DNA from: Macrostomum hystrix
Taxonomy: Eukaryota; Animalia; Platyhelminthes
Assembly (NCBI GenBank): GCA_950097015.1
Contig: CATNEN010000038.1
Location: 32,550,001-32,614,000 of the forward strand
DNA length: 64,000 nucleotides
Reading direction: 5' to 3'
The notes beneath the pieces are model-generated. The model made no database searches and had not been told where the DNA came from. It saw only the letters and a list, made by a program, of their open reading frames with translations. Positions 38,884 to 51,582 of the stretch are shown here, piece after piece. The first letter of the stretch is position 1; every line of letters starts with the position of its first letter. Made by a program: the position numbers and the translations under genes.

Positions 38884-41322
38884 ATGAATGTCAATGACCC
38901 TCGTCGTCCTAACAAGGTAGTGCGGTAAGTAAACTTTTCTATTTGTTAATGTCTGATTGTTTATGTGTACTTTTACTGTGCTAAATTCCAATTGAGTGTT
39001 GATGTTCTAGAAGGAATAAGTATTTAGTATAAAGTCGTTTTCATTTCTACTAGTTTAATTTCAAAATAATTTTTTTTCATTAAATTGTACACTTCAGTGC
39101 ATACTTTAACTAAACAATGACTGTTATTATATTTCATTTTTACAAATCAATACGCAATACATTGGCTGAATAGGGCAATGCATTCATTATACATGTCGAA
39201 TGTAGTTTAATTTGTTGTTGACAGCAATTATTTTCTTGCTAACTTAGATAGTATCTTAAAAAGCAAGGTGTAGGGGCCTATTCTAAGAAAATATAGAAAA
39301 AAAAGTTATTTTTGTTACAATTTTATTTTCTATTCAGTAAACAAAAAATGAAAGGAGCTTCATTTTTTAAATTTCATAATATAAATAGCTATGCCACTAA
39401 TACGCCATTTTCATCTACCAATGCAAAGAACCCAAATTACTTATTATTCTTTATTTAATTATAAAATTATGAAAAAACTTTTTTAAAAAATTGAAATTAA
39501 CATTTCCCAAATTGAAGCATTCAAGAAAGCTCTTAAGCTGGCTACTTATAGTGACTTTTTAACTTAATATTAATAGTCAAAGTTTAAATGTCAGCTTCAA
39601 GTTGTTTGTTTCTCTGCACCTAAAAATTCCTTTGCTCTTGTGATCTTCCAAAACATTTCTGAAAAGTTTACTGCATGTCTCATTAAAGTATGTGTTCAAA
39701 TTGAATCAAAGTGTATTTTCTGATATGTATATATTTTGTTCATGTAATTCAGCTTTTCAACAAGCAGTACCTTGCAACCAATAAGTATTTATTAGTCAAT
39801 AGTGGATTTTCTACTCATGCCAAAGCCATAACCAAAGCCACCCTATCTATATGTAGCATAGCCAATGAACTGCCACTGATTTATGCTTCACTGAGCCTTG
39901 CAAAGCAAGCAACTTTAAGCCCAAAAAAAATAATTAAAACATACATAAAACATCAATTTAACTTTATTTCATAAATTTTATACAATGTATATATAAGTAC
40001 ATTATTTGCAATGACATCTCTTTCTTATCACAGTCAGCAGTAACACCTGCTGAACAGTGCATATCAGTGTTTTGATATTGATATACTTTGGGTGTTACAC
40101 TCCTTCAAAATGGTTTCAAATTCTAAAAAAGTGCAACAAGTTCTGAATTTCTGAAATTCTAAATTGAAAAGGAATTTTTGAACCATCTCTTAATGCTATA
40201 CTACCAAGTACCTACTTTCATTGTTTCAAATACAGAAAAATCCCAATTTTTCTATAGCTTTTTGTACCAGAAGAAGCTGTTTTTTTGCTTATCAACTTTA
40301 AATCAATAGAAAAATACACAGAATAGAGACAGAATTGTAGCGGACCTAAAAGCAAAGATTTTGGCATGACAATTCGGAGCTCTAAAGTTATTCAACATCT
40401 CTTGCGTACTTTGCCATGCCACTTGACCATCGTTTCCCCAAACATCTATCTTAGCTATCGTCTATGGTCCTTAGTCTGATGCACAGTTGCAACTTAGATG
40501 AAGCCACTTGTTGTACAACTTTCTAGCACAAGCTAGAGAGCTACCTACAAATATATGCTAGAGTTCTGATCCTCTACAATATTATATGCCTAATCACCCA
40601 TTCAGTAGTTCAGCTATCCCATATATATATCCCATATAGAAATTAATATAGCTATGTGGCTTAAAATTATATTCAAGTATTTGCAGTGTGACATTAAGTT
40701 TTAGCCTTAAATGTGCCTTAAAGTTTTTTGATGGTTTAATTAAATTATTCAAGCTGCTAATTGTGCAGACTGATATATATATATTATCAGTCTAAAGTTT
40801 ATGCAAAAAAATTGTTCTAATATTTTTGGGATCATCATAAATAAAGATCATAAAAAGAGAAAAAAACTGATTAAAAATGGATATATTTTTAACACATAAG
40901 AATATTTTGACTGGAAAGTATCATCATTATGTTTAGTTTTATCCAATAAATATGCACACATTTTCATGCTGCCTACATATTTTCTTTTATTTTTCTTTTT
41001 TTTATAAGAAAACGCCCAACTTTCTTTCCATGAACATCCTGAACTCAGGTATCAGCCACAAGCTGCTGACTCCATGCCTTCAGACACCACCCCGGACACA
41101 ATGAACCTACTAGGCATGGTGTTCAGCATGTGCGGCCTGATGCTGAAAGTAAAATGGGCCAGCTGGATGGCAGTGTACTGCGCGTTTGTCAGCTTTGCCA
41201 ATTCCAGGTCTAGCGAGGACACCAAACAGATTCTTAGTTCGTTTATGCTATCAATCTCCGCTGTTGTCATCTCCTATTTGCAGAATCCGCAGCCAATGAC
41301 GCTGCCGTTCTTGTCCTACTGA
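38884..41322 (+). CDS. WDR83OS: Asterix / PAT complex subunit (UPF0139), 2 exons, 104 aa
   Basis: Exon 38884-38924 ([14 protein letters not shown]) plus exon 41049-41322 ([54 protein letters not shown]) is near-identical in pattern to the conserved Asterix protein. GTAAGT..CAG phase-2 intron. Confidence 0.95.
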
Positions 41323-41639
41323 TTGCTGATTGGCTGATTGGTTAAACACTATTGGCAATGGATTTCTTTGTTTTTATGAGACTTGAATTTAAATTATCTG
41401 CTGGACTGTCTCCATTATTATTAAATGTTAGCTTAAATTTTCAATCATTAACTAAATAAACTGTTATTTGTGTTTTTTGGAATAATTAAAGTATAAATTA
41501 ATTTAGTATGGCTTAGTTTGGCTTGATTTTATATACAGTAAAAAGCAGCTAGTAGGTTTTGGCCTCTTGAACCGATAGGTCACAAGTTCGAATCTGCTGA
41601 AGCAATGACGATTTAAGCCTCTTGCTGAAGAACACTGTA

Positions 41640-41712
41640 CATTTTCCCTTTGGATCGAGATTCGAACTCCCGACGTTTTGACCAGTTCGAAGATCCAACC
41701 ACTTGGCTAGAA
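41640..41712 (-). mobile_element. tRNA-like head (SINE family 2 remnant)
   Basis: The minus strand reads TAGCCAAGTGG (A-box) ... GGAGTTCGAATCTCGA (B-box). Acceptor and anticodon stems do not pair. Confidence 0.5.
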
Positions 41713-41770
41713 GCTTCCTAAAGACTATTCCTCAGCCCCATTTCGTACATTTGCAGCCGTCAGTTCTAGC

Positions 41771-44700
41771 ATGTCAGCGACCGAGACCACCAGCATGATG
41801 CCAGCAGGAGGCGAAGAAGCGATTCAGCAGAAGCCACCGCCGCAGCGACGCCTGAAAAAGAAGCCTCCAACAGCCGCTGTCGATGCTGGCGGCTTGTCGG
41901 TGCCAGCGCCGACAGTCGCACTCGGCGTCGGGGACGGTTCATCGGTGGCGCCGCCGAAGCCGCGCCGTAAGAAGCGTCGCGATCCGTCCGCTGGCGGCGA
42001 TGATCTGGCGGCAACGGCTGCCACCATTGACTCGCTGCGCTCCTCCTTGGAAAAGGATCGTCAGGATCCGCTGATTGAGCTGAATACCTTCGATCCTAGT
42101 CGAAGTCCGAAGAAGGGTGTCAAAGGCGGAGGCGCCACCAACAATGGCTTCGTTGCCGACGGAGATGATGTTTCAACGCCGATTAGGAAGCCTCGCAAAA
42201 AGCGACCACCGACAGCGGCAGCGGCCGCGACAGACTCGGCAGCGCTTGGCGGCTCGCAGGAGAATCTCCAATCGGAGTCTGAGATCATCGTGGCGACGCC
42301 AACTGAAGCTGCAGCGGCAGCTGCGCCCGCCAGGACCAAGCGAAAGGTTAAAAAGCCAAAAGCGGCTGCCGCTGCGGCAGATCATGACGCTGAAGCTGTG
42401 GACGTTGAAGATGCTCCTCCGCCTCAGCCAGTTGACGCTGTGGTGACGGTTGAAGATGAGACAACGGCTGCTTCTGATGCTGCTGCTGCCAGTCCAACAA
42501 AGCGTCGAGTACGTAAAAAGAAGCCAAAGCAGCAGCAGCAGCAGCCGGAAGAACAAGGCGACGACGGCGTCATCACAGAGCAGCCGCAGCCCATTGTGGA
42601 CGATCCCACCGCTGCCACCACGGCGGAGGCGGCCGCTGCTTCGCGTAGATTCGACGCCGCAGCCCTTGCAGATGAGGGTCTAATAGTGCGTCTGAGAATT
42701 CACCGCACTGATCAGCTAAAGAATGACACTCACATACGGCATCCGAGGGTTCGAGTGCACGTTGTAGACACCCAGACTGGTCGCTATCTGGCCAAACAGC
42801 ATCCGGACCGCAAGGTGACGTCATTCTACGAATCTGTCAATTTCCTGCTGCCCGTCATGACTGGCCAATGCGATTTTCGTCGTCAAGGCAACACGCTGCC
42901 AGTGTGGGAGGAGCAGCTACTATTAGACGAGAATTTCGCCTACATTGCTCGCAACCCGAACGTGGCGTTCCTATTCGAAGTGTTAGACATGCTGTCCGTA
43001 GCAGCCATACAGAACAACAGGATCAACAGCCCGGAGGCTGGCTGGTATCGAATCGCGTGGGCCTTTCTGCGGCCTCACTCCTCATCTGGCAGGTGGGCAA
43101 CCATTTGCAACTCGGTTTATAAGCCTTTCGGATTGAGTAACCAGCTTCCTAGATCCCTTGCTTCCAGATTGTTCTGATTGCGTCATTAACTTCCGAAATC
43201 CATCTGATTGCGTCATTAACTTCCTAAATCCATCAGATTGTGTCATTAACTTCCTAAATCCATCTGATTGCGTCATTAACTTCCGAAATCCATCTGATTG
43301 CGTCATTAACTTCCTAAATCCATCAGATTGTGTCATTAACTTCCTAAATCCATCTGATTGCGTCATTAACTTCCGAAATCCATCTGATTGCGTCATTAAC
43401 TTCCTAAATCCATCTGATTGCGTCATTAACTTCCGAAATCCATCAGATTGTGTCATTAACTTCCTAAATCCATGACAATTCGTCATCAAATTCCTAAATC
43501 CATGAAAATGCGTCATCAACTTCCCAAATTCATCAGATTGCGTCATCAACTTCCCAAATCCATCAGATTGCGTCATCAACTTCCCAAATCCATCAAATTA
43601 AAGGTCCATCATATTGTCCATTATATATTTACAATTTAACCTAAAACCACATTTTAAAATCCCTTACAGAAGCCACTGCGGACGCAAGGTGCGCCTTCAG
43701 CTATTCGAAGCCCTGCCGTTGCGTGAGTCTGAGCAGAACGACCCCGAGGTGCCCTACCTGCTGCACTGGTTCCAGTCGCGAGTTCGAATTCCTTATCCGT
43801 CGACTCTCTACGTCACCGTCGAAGAATTTGCTCCCAACAGGAACAACGAACAGGTGGCCGGTAGGACCAGATCCCAGTTCCCATTCGAGCAGGAAGGCTT
43901 CGGCCTGGCTGGAATGGACGCCACCGACGAAGACGAAGATCCCGATGCCGCCCAGCGGCGAAATCGCAGGCAGCCGGATTATTTCCAGCGCGTGCCCGGC
44001 CAACTGTGCAAAATTCCCAACAGGTGCGAATCCGCCCCTTCATCCGCTCTTTTTCAAAACGGCAACTTGATTAACTTTCGACAAAGGCGCCAGTTTATTC
44101 TCAGTTTTTTAAACAGTAAATTCACCCACTTCTCATTAATTGCACCTCTTTATGCACTTTTCCTAAAATCCGTCGCTTCAAGTTTTCCCTGAATCCGCCC
44201 CTTATCCACGTTTCCTCAAATCCGCCCATTTATTGACGTTTCCTCAAATCCGCCCCTTTATCCACGTTTCTGCTAATCCGCCCCTTTATCCACGTTTCTG
44301 CTAATCCGCCCCTTTATCCACGTTTCCTCAAATCCGCCCCTTTATCCACGTTTCTGCAAATCCGCCCCTTTATCGACGTTTCTGCAAATCCGCCCCTTTA
44401 TCGACGTTTCTGCAAATCCGCCCCTTTATCGACGTTTCTGCAAATCCGCCCCTTTATCCACGTTTCTGCAAATCCGCCCCTGTATCCACGTTTCTGCAAA
44501 TCCGCCCCTTTATCCACGTTTCCTCAAATCCGCCCCTTTATCCACGTTTCCTCAAATCCGCCCCTTTATCCACGTTTCCTCAAATCCGCCCCTTTATCCA
44601 CGTTTCCTCAAATCCGCCCATTTATCCACGTTTCCTCAAATCCGCCCCTTTATCCACGTTTCCTCAAAACCGCCCCTTTATCCATTTTTCTTCAAATCCG

Positions 44701-47700
44701 CCCCTTTATCCACGTTTCTGCAAATCCGCCCCTTTATCCACGTTTCCTCAAATCCGCCCCTTTATCCACGTTTCCTCAAAACCGCCCCTTTATCCATTTT
44801 TCTTCAAATCCGCCCCTTTATCCACGTTTCTGCAAATCCGCCCCTTTATCCACGTTTCCTCAAATCCGCCCCTTTATCCACGTTTCTGCAAATCCGCCCC
44901 TTTATCGACGTTTCTGCAAATCCGCCCCTTTATCCACGTTTCTGCAAATCCGCCCTTTGTCCAAGCTTTCTCAAATCCAGCCTTTTGTCCAAAATTTCTC
45001 AAATCCGCCCCTTTGTCCAAGCTTCCTTAAGTATGCATCTTTATTCTATTCACGTCAAATCCGCCCCGCATTAATTTCGGAAGTCTAATCGTCTCAAGCG
45101 TCGCCTCAACCTGCTATCCGCCCTCCTCACCTACCTCAGAGCCGCCCGCACTCTGCCAACCGGTACACACGGCTGCTCCGCACTGCGCTTCTCGCCCGAT
45201 GGTCGCTGGCTGGCCGCCGCCTGTCGCAATCCGCCAGTTGACTTTCCCCTGGTGCTGTACTCCTACACTCCGGCCGGCGATCTCGGCGGGGGCATTGTCG
45301 CTGGCAGGCCCGAGATCACCCTTCTGGGTCACGCTGGCATTGTCTACGATCTGGGCTGGTCGAGAAAGAGTCACCTGCTGGTGTCCGCTAGCGGCGACTG
45401 CTCAGCCAGGGTGTGGCAGATCAGCGGCAAGCAGGTCAGCATGTTGTTCAGGCCCTACAGCATGTTGTTCAGGCCCTACAGCATGTTGTTCAGGCCCGAT
45501 TCAGCAATTTCTTTATGCCCTATTCATCTTTTTTCTTCAGGCCCTGGAATTTTGTACAGGCCCTATTCAGTTTCTTGACCAGGCCCTACTCAGTATCTTG
45601 TACAAGCCCTAAGCAGTATCTTGTACAGGCCCTACTCGGTATCTTGTACAAGCCCTAAGCAGTATCTTGTACAGGCTCTATTCAGTATCTTGTACAAGTC
45701 CTATGCAGTATCTTGTACAAGCCCTATGCAGCATTTTGTATAGGCCCTATTCAGCCTCCACTTCAGGCTCCATTAAAACTCCTTCGGGCGTTTAGCTCAG
45801 TTCCAACTTTATTGCCTTGCAACTAATATCAAAGCGCGCCCCATCTCGCACCTCTCGCAGGCCAGCCTCCACAAGCAGCTGGTCCATCCAGCATTCGTCT
45901 ATTGCGCCCAGTTCCATCCCCAGTCCAGCAGTCTGGTAGCCACGGGCTGTTTCGATCGCGTCATCCGCGTCTGGAGCATCTTTGAAGCCGCCAGCGAAGT
46001 CGTCTGGCAGCTGGAGCCGCACCGTAGTCACATCAACGCGTTGACATTCGAGCCAGATGGTCGCTACATGTACAGCGGCGACGCTAGCGGCCAACTTGGT
46101 GTCTGGCGATGTCCGTACACCGCTGGCACCGATCGGCCAGGAGTTGCCGGCGAATGGAATCTGGCCAACTGGATGGACCTGCCTGAGCTGAAGGACAAAT
46201 GCGTCACCAGCTTGTGCCTGCATCCGTCATCCACCAGGCTGCTGGTCCAGACTCGCGACTCCACCCTGCGCCTAGTGCACGTGCGCGGCTCCCAACGGGG
46301 CTACGTTGTCATGGACTACCTGGGCCACGCCAATAGTCGAGAGAATCTCAAAGCCTGCGTTTCACCCTGCGGTGCTTTTGTCATCACCGGCAGCGAGGAC
46401 GGCGACGTCTACGTGTTCAACACCGACTCAGGCGATGTGGTGGCCACCTACAGACAGGTTTGTCGGCCTGTCTTTGTCTGTTTATGCGTCTGTTGTTCTG
46501 TAGTTTCTGTCGGTTTGTCTGTCGTGTCTGTTTGTCTGTCGTGTCTGTTTATCTATCTTGTCTGTTTGTCTGTAGAGTCTGTTTGTCTGTAGGGTCTGTT
46601 TGTCTGTAGAGTCTGTTTATCTGTAGAGTCTGTTTGTCTGTAGAGTCTGTTTGTCTGTAGAGTCTGTTTGTCTGTAGAGTCTGTTTGTCTGTCGAGTCTG
46701 TTTGTCTCTCGAGTCTGTTTGTCTGTAGGGTCTGTTTGTCTGTAGAGTCTGTTTGTCTGTAGGGTCTGTTTGTCTGTCGAGTCTGTTCGTCTGTCGAGTC
46801 TGTTTGTCTCTCGAGTCTGTTTGTCTGTCGAGTCTGTTTGCATGTCGGTTTCCACGCTATTCTCTGCCGCACCTCAGGTGAACCTGAGCGGCTCAGTCAG
46901 CTGCCTGGACTACCACCCGCTGGACAATGCCCTGGCCTTCTCCTCGTTGAGCCACAGCGCGGCAATCCTCATCTACCAGTACGATGCCAGCCTAGCCCGT
47001 CGCGACGGTCACCAGGCCCAGCTCGGCCGTTCCGGCGCTCTCGTCAGCGTCGGCGACACTGTTCAACAGTTGGAAGCGTCGCGACTTCAGCAATCCGGCC
47101 CCGTACTGCAGGAGGTCGACAGGTTGAAGACTATGCAGCGTTCGCACGCCGGAGCGGAGATCAGCGGCGAGCGGAAGACGCGTCTGGCCAAGGAGCGTCT
47201 AGACTCTGTCCTGGCTGGCGGCGTTGGCGGAGGCGCCTCGATGAGACGCAGTCTGGCCGCCTCCCTCACCCTGCCGCAGGTTTGTGACAGGGTCGGATCC
47301 GCTCCCTTTAAACAGTCGTCCGCCCCTCATCCGCCCCCTTTAATATAACATCTGCCCCTTAAACAGTCATCCGCCCCCTTTAAACAGTCATCCGCTCCCT
47401 TTTAACAGTCGTCCGCCCCTCATCCGCCCCCTTTAATATAACATCTGCCCCTTAAACAGTCATCCGCCCCCTTTAAACAGTCATCTGCCCCCTTTAAACA
47501 GTTATCCGCCCCCTTTAAACAGTCATCCGCCCCCTTTAAACAGTCATCCGCCCCCTTTAAACAGTCATCCGCCCCCTTTAAACAGTCATCCGCTCCCTTT
47601 TAACAGTCGTCCGCCCCTCATCCGCCCCCTTTAATATAACATCTGCCCCTTAAACAGTCATCCGCCCCCTTTAAACAGTCATCCGCCCCCTTTAAACAGT

Positions 47701-50165
47701 TATCCGCCCCCTTTAAACAGTCATCCGCCCCCTTTAAACAGTCATCCGCCCCTTATCTGCCCAGGTTAAGCAGTCAACCGCGCCTCTTTTTCATTTTTCC
47801 GCCCTTCACTATTGCTCTTTTAAACAGTCATCCGCTCACCTTTAATTAATCTTTCGCCCTATATTTCTCATCTGCCAGGTGACGACACTCCTGCCTGGCG
47901 CTCTGGATTCCACTACGCCGCGTCACCTTCAACAGCCCAGCGTCGAGATCGGGCGGCACGGCCAGCTGGACGCCGGCAAGCCGCGGCTGACCCTCCTGCT
48001 TGATGGCACCAATCGGGCCAGCTTCAAGATAGACAAGGCCGGCCAGAAGCGGACTGGGGCCGCAGCCGCCGCCGCGGCCGCCGACGAGACCTCGACGCCA
48101 GCGGAGGTCGTCATCGCCATTCTGGATTATAAAGCGGCTAGATCAGACGAGATTAGCTTCTTCAAGGGCCAGAGGATAAGGTTGGTCTGGGATTGCCAGT
48201 TGAATTTGTTTGATATTAGACAACAGGAACTAGAGGCCTATGGAGTGACCTAGAGGCCTTTGGAGTGACCTAGAGGCCTATGGAGTGACCTAGAGGCCTA
48301 TGGAGTGACCTAGAGGCCTATGGAGTGACCTAGAAGCCTATGGAGTGATTTAGAGGCATATGGAGTGATCTAGTGGCATTTTACTGGATATTGAGGTACA
48401 TAAAGAGATCTAAGGGTTGATGGGACGATTTAAAGGTAGATGGAGTGATCTAGAGCTGAATGGAGCCATCTATAGGTGGATGGAGCGAATCTAGAGGTAG
48501 ATAGAGCGATCTAGAGGTAGATAGGGCCATCTAGAGGTCTATTGAGCGGATCTAGAGGTAGATTGAGCGTATCTAGAGGTACATTGAGCGTATCTAGAGG
48601 TAGATTAAGCGGATCTAGAGGTAGATTGAGCGGATCTAGAGGTAGATTAAGCGTATCTAGAGGTACATTGAGCGTATCTAGAGGTAGATTAAGCGTATCT
48701 AGAGGTAGATTAAGCGGATCTAGAGGTAGATTAAGCGGATCTAGAGGTAGATTAAGCGGATCTAGAGGTAGACTGAGCGGATCTAGAGGTACATTGAGCG
48801 TATCTAGAGGTAGATTAAGCGGATCTAGAGGTAGATTGAGCGGATCTAGAGGTAGACTGAGCGGATCTAGAGGTAGATTAAGCGTATCTAGAGGTAAATT
48901 GAGCGTATCTAGAGGTAGATTAAGCGTATCTAGAGGTAGATTAAGCGGATCTAGAGGTAGATTAAGCGGATCTAGAGGTAGATTAAGCGGATCTAGAGGT
49001 AGACTGAGCGGATCTAGAGGTACATTGAGCGGATCTAGAGGTAGATTAAGCGGATCTAGAGGTAGACTGAGCGGATCTAGAGGTAGATTAAGCGTATCTA
49101 GAGGTACATTGAGCGGATCTAGAGGTAGATTATGCGGATCTAGAGGTAGACTGAGCGGATCTAGAGGTACATTGAGCGGATCTAGAGGTAGATTAAGCGG
49201 ATCTAGAGGTAGACTGAGCGGATCTAGAGGTAGATTAAGCGTATCTAGAGGTAAATTGAGCGTATCTAGAGGTAGATTAAGCGGATCTAGAGGTAGATTA
49301 AGCGGATCTAGAGGTAGACTGAGCGGATCTAGAGGTACATTGAGCGTATCTAGAGGTAGATTAAGCGGATCTAGAGGTAGATTGAGCGGATCTAGAGGTA
49401 GACTGAGCGGATCTAGAGGTAGATTAAGCGTATCTAGAGGTAAATTGAGCGTATCTAGAGGTAGATTAAGCGTATCTAGAGGTAGATTAAGCGGATCTAG
49501 AGGTACATTGAGCGGATCTAGAGGTAGATTAAGCGGATCTAGAGGTAGACTGAGCGGATCTAGAGGTAGATTAAGCGTATCTAGAGGTACATTGAGCGGA
49601 TCTAGAGGTAGATTAAGCGGATCTAGAGGTAGACTGAGCGGATCTAGAGGTACATTGAGCGGATCTAGAGGTAGATTAAGCGGATCTAGAGGTAGACTGA
49701 GCGGATCTAGAGGTAGATTAAGCGTATCTAGAGGTACATTGAGCGGATCTAGAGGTAGATTAAGCGGATCTAGAGGTAGACTGAGCGGATCTAGAGGTGG
49801 CGTAACAGATTCGCAGCCTGCATGCATCTATACCGGCCCCCACTCGCAGAGTGATCCACAAGGACAGCCAGAGCTGGTGGCTAGGCGAGCTGGAGTCGCC
49901 ACTGCCAGCCCAGGAGGAGTCCGGCACCACCCAGGGCTACTTCCCCACCAGCTACGTAGTCAATGAGCGAGCCTCGCGCACCCCCTCTATCCAAGGCGAG
50001 GCCAGCCCGCGCGACAGCAGCCGTCAGATGCGCCGACTGTCGCGCGACGGCAGCGCCGGGCCAAGAGCAGCAACCGGAGCCGCGGCCGCCTCGCCGTCTG
50101 GAAGGCCGCCGGCGACCAAGACTACAAGATTCAACGAGTCGCTTGCTGGACAGTCAACGGCCTGA
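41771..50165 (+). CDS. AHI1: Jouberin (ciliary transition-zone C2-like + WD40 + SH3 protein), 7 exons, 1195 aa
   Basis: Exons 41771-43092, 43670-44023, 45140-45434, 45861-46457, 46878-47279, 47879-48180 and 49850-50165 are all GT-AG and phase-consistent (3588 nt). Motifs: IHRTD.LK.D..I.HP.V.VHVVD..TG.Y, P.WEEQL, W..IAWAFL, YPSTLYVTV, WD40 repeats (GH..IVYDL.WS, HPAFVYCAQFHP), and a C-terminal SH3 (DYKAARSDEISF.KG..WW.G..GYFP.SYV). Confidence 0.93.
43172..43595. repeat. 30-bp minisatellite, AHI1 intron 1
   Basis: CGTCATTAACTTCCTAAATCCATCTGATTG, about 14 units. Confidence 0.94.
44190..45070. repeat. 28-bp minisatellite, AHI1 intron 2
   Basis: AATCCGCCCCTTTATCCACGTTTCTGCA, about 30 units. Confidence 0.95.
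45437..45755. repeat. ~22-bp degenerate minisatellite, AHI1 intron 3
   Basis: CAGCATGTTGTTCAGGCCCTA grading into CAGTATCTTGTACARGCCCTA. Confidence 0.85.
46465..46840. repeat. 17-bp TCTG-derived minisatellite, AHI1 intron 4
   Basis: CTGTTTGTCTGTAGAGT units. Confidence 0.92.
47297..47765. repeat. 21-bp minisatellite, AHI1 intron 5
   Basis: CATCCGCCCCCTTTAAACAGT units with larger duplicated blocks. Confidence 0.93.
48230..49797. repeat. 20-bp then 21-bp minisatellites, AHI1 intron 6
   Basis: CTAGAGGCCTATGGAGTGAC (about 6 units), a degenerate linker, then TCTAGAGGTAGATTAAGCGGA (about 60 units). Confidence 0.96.
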
Positions 50166-50372
50166 GACGGAAGTTTTCTTCTGAATATATCGAATTCAAA
50201 TTAGTATATATTTGTTTTTCTAATGCTCGTTTTTATTTTATCGGATTGCTTTTTGTTCCGTCCATGTGTTTCTGTTCATCTAGTGTCACATTTTTTTCTA
50301 TCTTCATGTGCCCTTTCATTTAAGGATTAGCCGCCTTTAGCTTCCACCCAATTTTCGGCATTTTCTGTCCTT

Positions 50373-50826
50373 TCATCCGCCCCTTCATCCGCCTCCTTTT
50401 TGAACTCTTGGCCTTTATCCGCCCCTCTTTGGAACTTTCCGCTACTTCATCCGCCCCTTTTTGGAACTTTCCGCTACTTCATCCGCCCCTCTTTGGAACT
50501 TTCCGCTACTTCATCCGCCCCTCTTTGGAACTTTCCGCTACTTCATCCGCCCCTCTTTGGAACTTTCCGCTACTTCATCCGCCCCTCTTTGGAACTTTCC
50601 GCTACTTCATCCGCCCCTCTTTGGAACTTTCCGCTACTTCATCCGCCCCTCTTTGGAACTTTCCGCTACTTCATCCGCCCCTCTTTGGAACTTTCCGCTA
50701 CTTCATCCGCCCCTCTTTGGAACTTTCCGCTACTTCATCCGCCCCTCTTTGGAACTTTCCGCTACTTCATCCGCCCCTCTTTGGAACTTTCCGCTACTTC
50801 ATCCGCCCCTCTTTGGAACTTTCCGA
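50373..50826. repeat. 32-bp minisatellite downstream of AHI1
   Basis: CATCCGCCCCTCTTTGGAACTTTCCGCTACTT, about 13 units. Confidence 0.95.
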
Positions 50827-51582
50827 CTCTAAAAACGCCACATTTGTAATTTCCTTTTCTTCATCCTCTTGTTCCGCCTTTTTGGTACTACATTTCCTCC
50901 ATTGCCGTCCATTTATGCCCTTTTTGCAAGTAAATTTAATTGGCCGATATGTATCGAAAACCCATGGGCTAATGAGTTCCTACATACTACTAATTAAAAG
51001 TAGTAAAATAAGTTTTAAGAGTTTTTTAACAGCGATAATTTTATGCTTTAGTTACTGTGCTCTATTTATTGCTGAACAAATTATTATGCTGTGATACCAC
51101 GAAAATAGCACATTCCATCCGTTTATTTTAATAATTTTCGTTCCGTCCTATCTTTTCATATTCTGATATATATTTATTGTCTAGTTTATTGTATATTTAT
51201 TTTTTTTTCGATTTTGTTAAAAAACTGATTGAGTTTAACATTTTCTAGACTGAATGCAGTAGTAAATTATTTAAGGTATGTAGCTACGAGTACTTTTATA
51301 AATTTATGCGAAACATCTTTCCTGATTCTCGTTAGTTTTTCACCCCCTACCTACAGTAGTCACCGCTATCTCAGTGATTGTTGAAACACTTTAGATTTGA
51401 AGAACACTGACAGGTTCAGTGGAAATTACAATATTTTCCGTTCAATAAAAATTACTGTGATTATATACTGCAGATACATACCACGGCATCAAGTATGCAC
51501 TTTGATATTAGAACAATGTTTTAACGTCCTTAATTGACTCCTTTTGTTGCTTCAGTATTTTAACATTGCTGAGATCCTCTGC

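Noticed and set aside
20539-41712. Functional tRNA genes at about 20560, 29935, 41570 and 41680
   Set aside because: Only A/B boxes are recognisable. Acceptor and anticodon stems do not pair, and the 29.9-kb copy continues into a SINE body.
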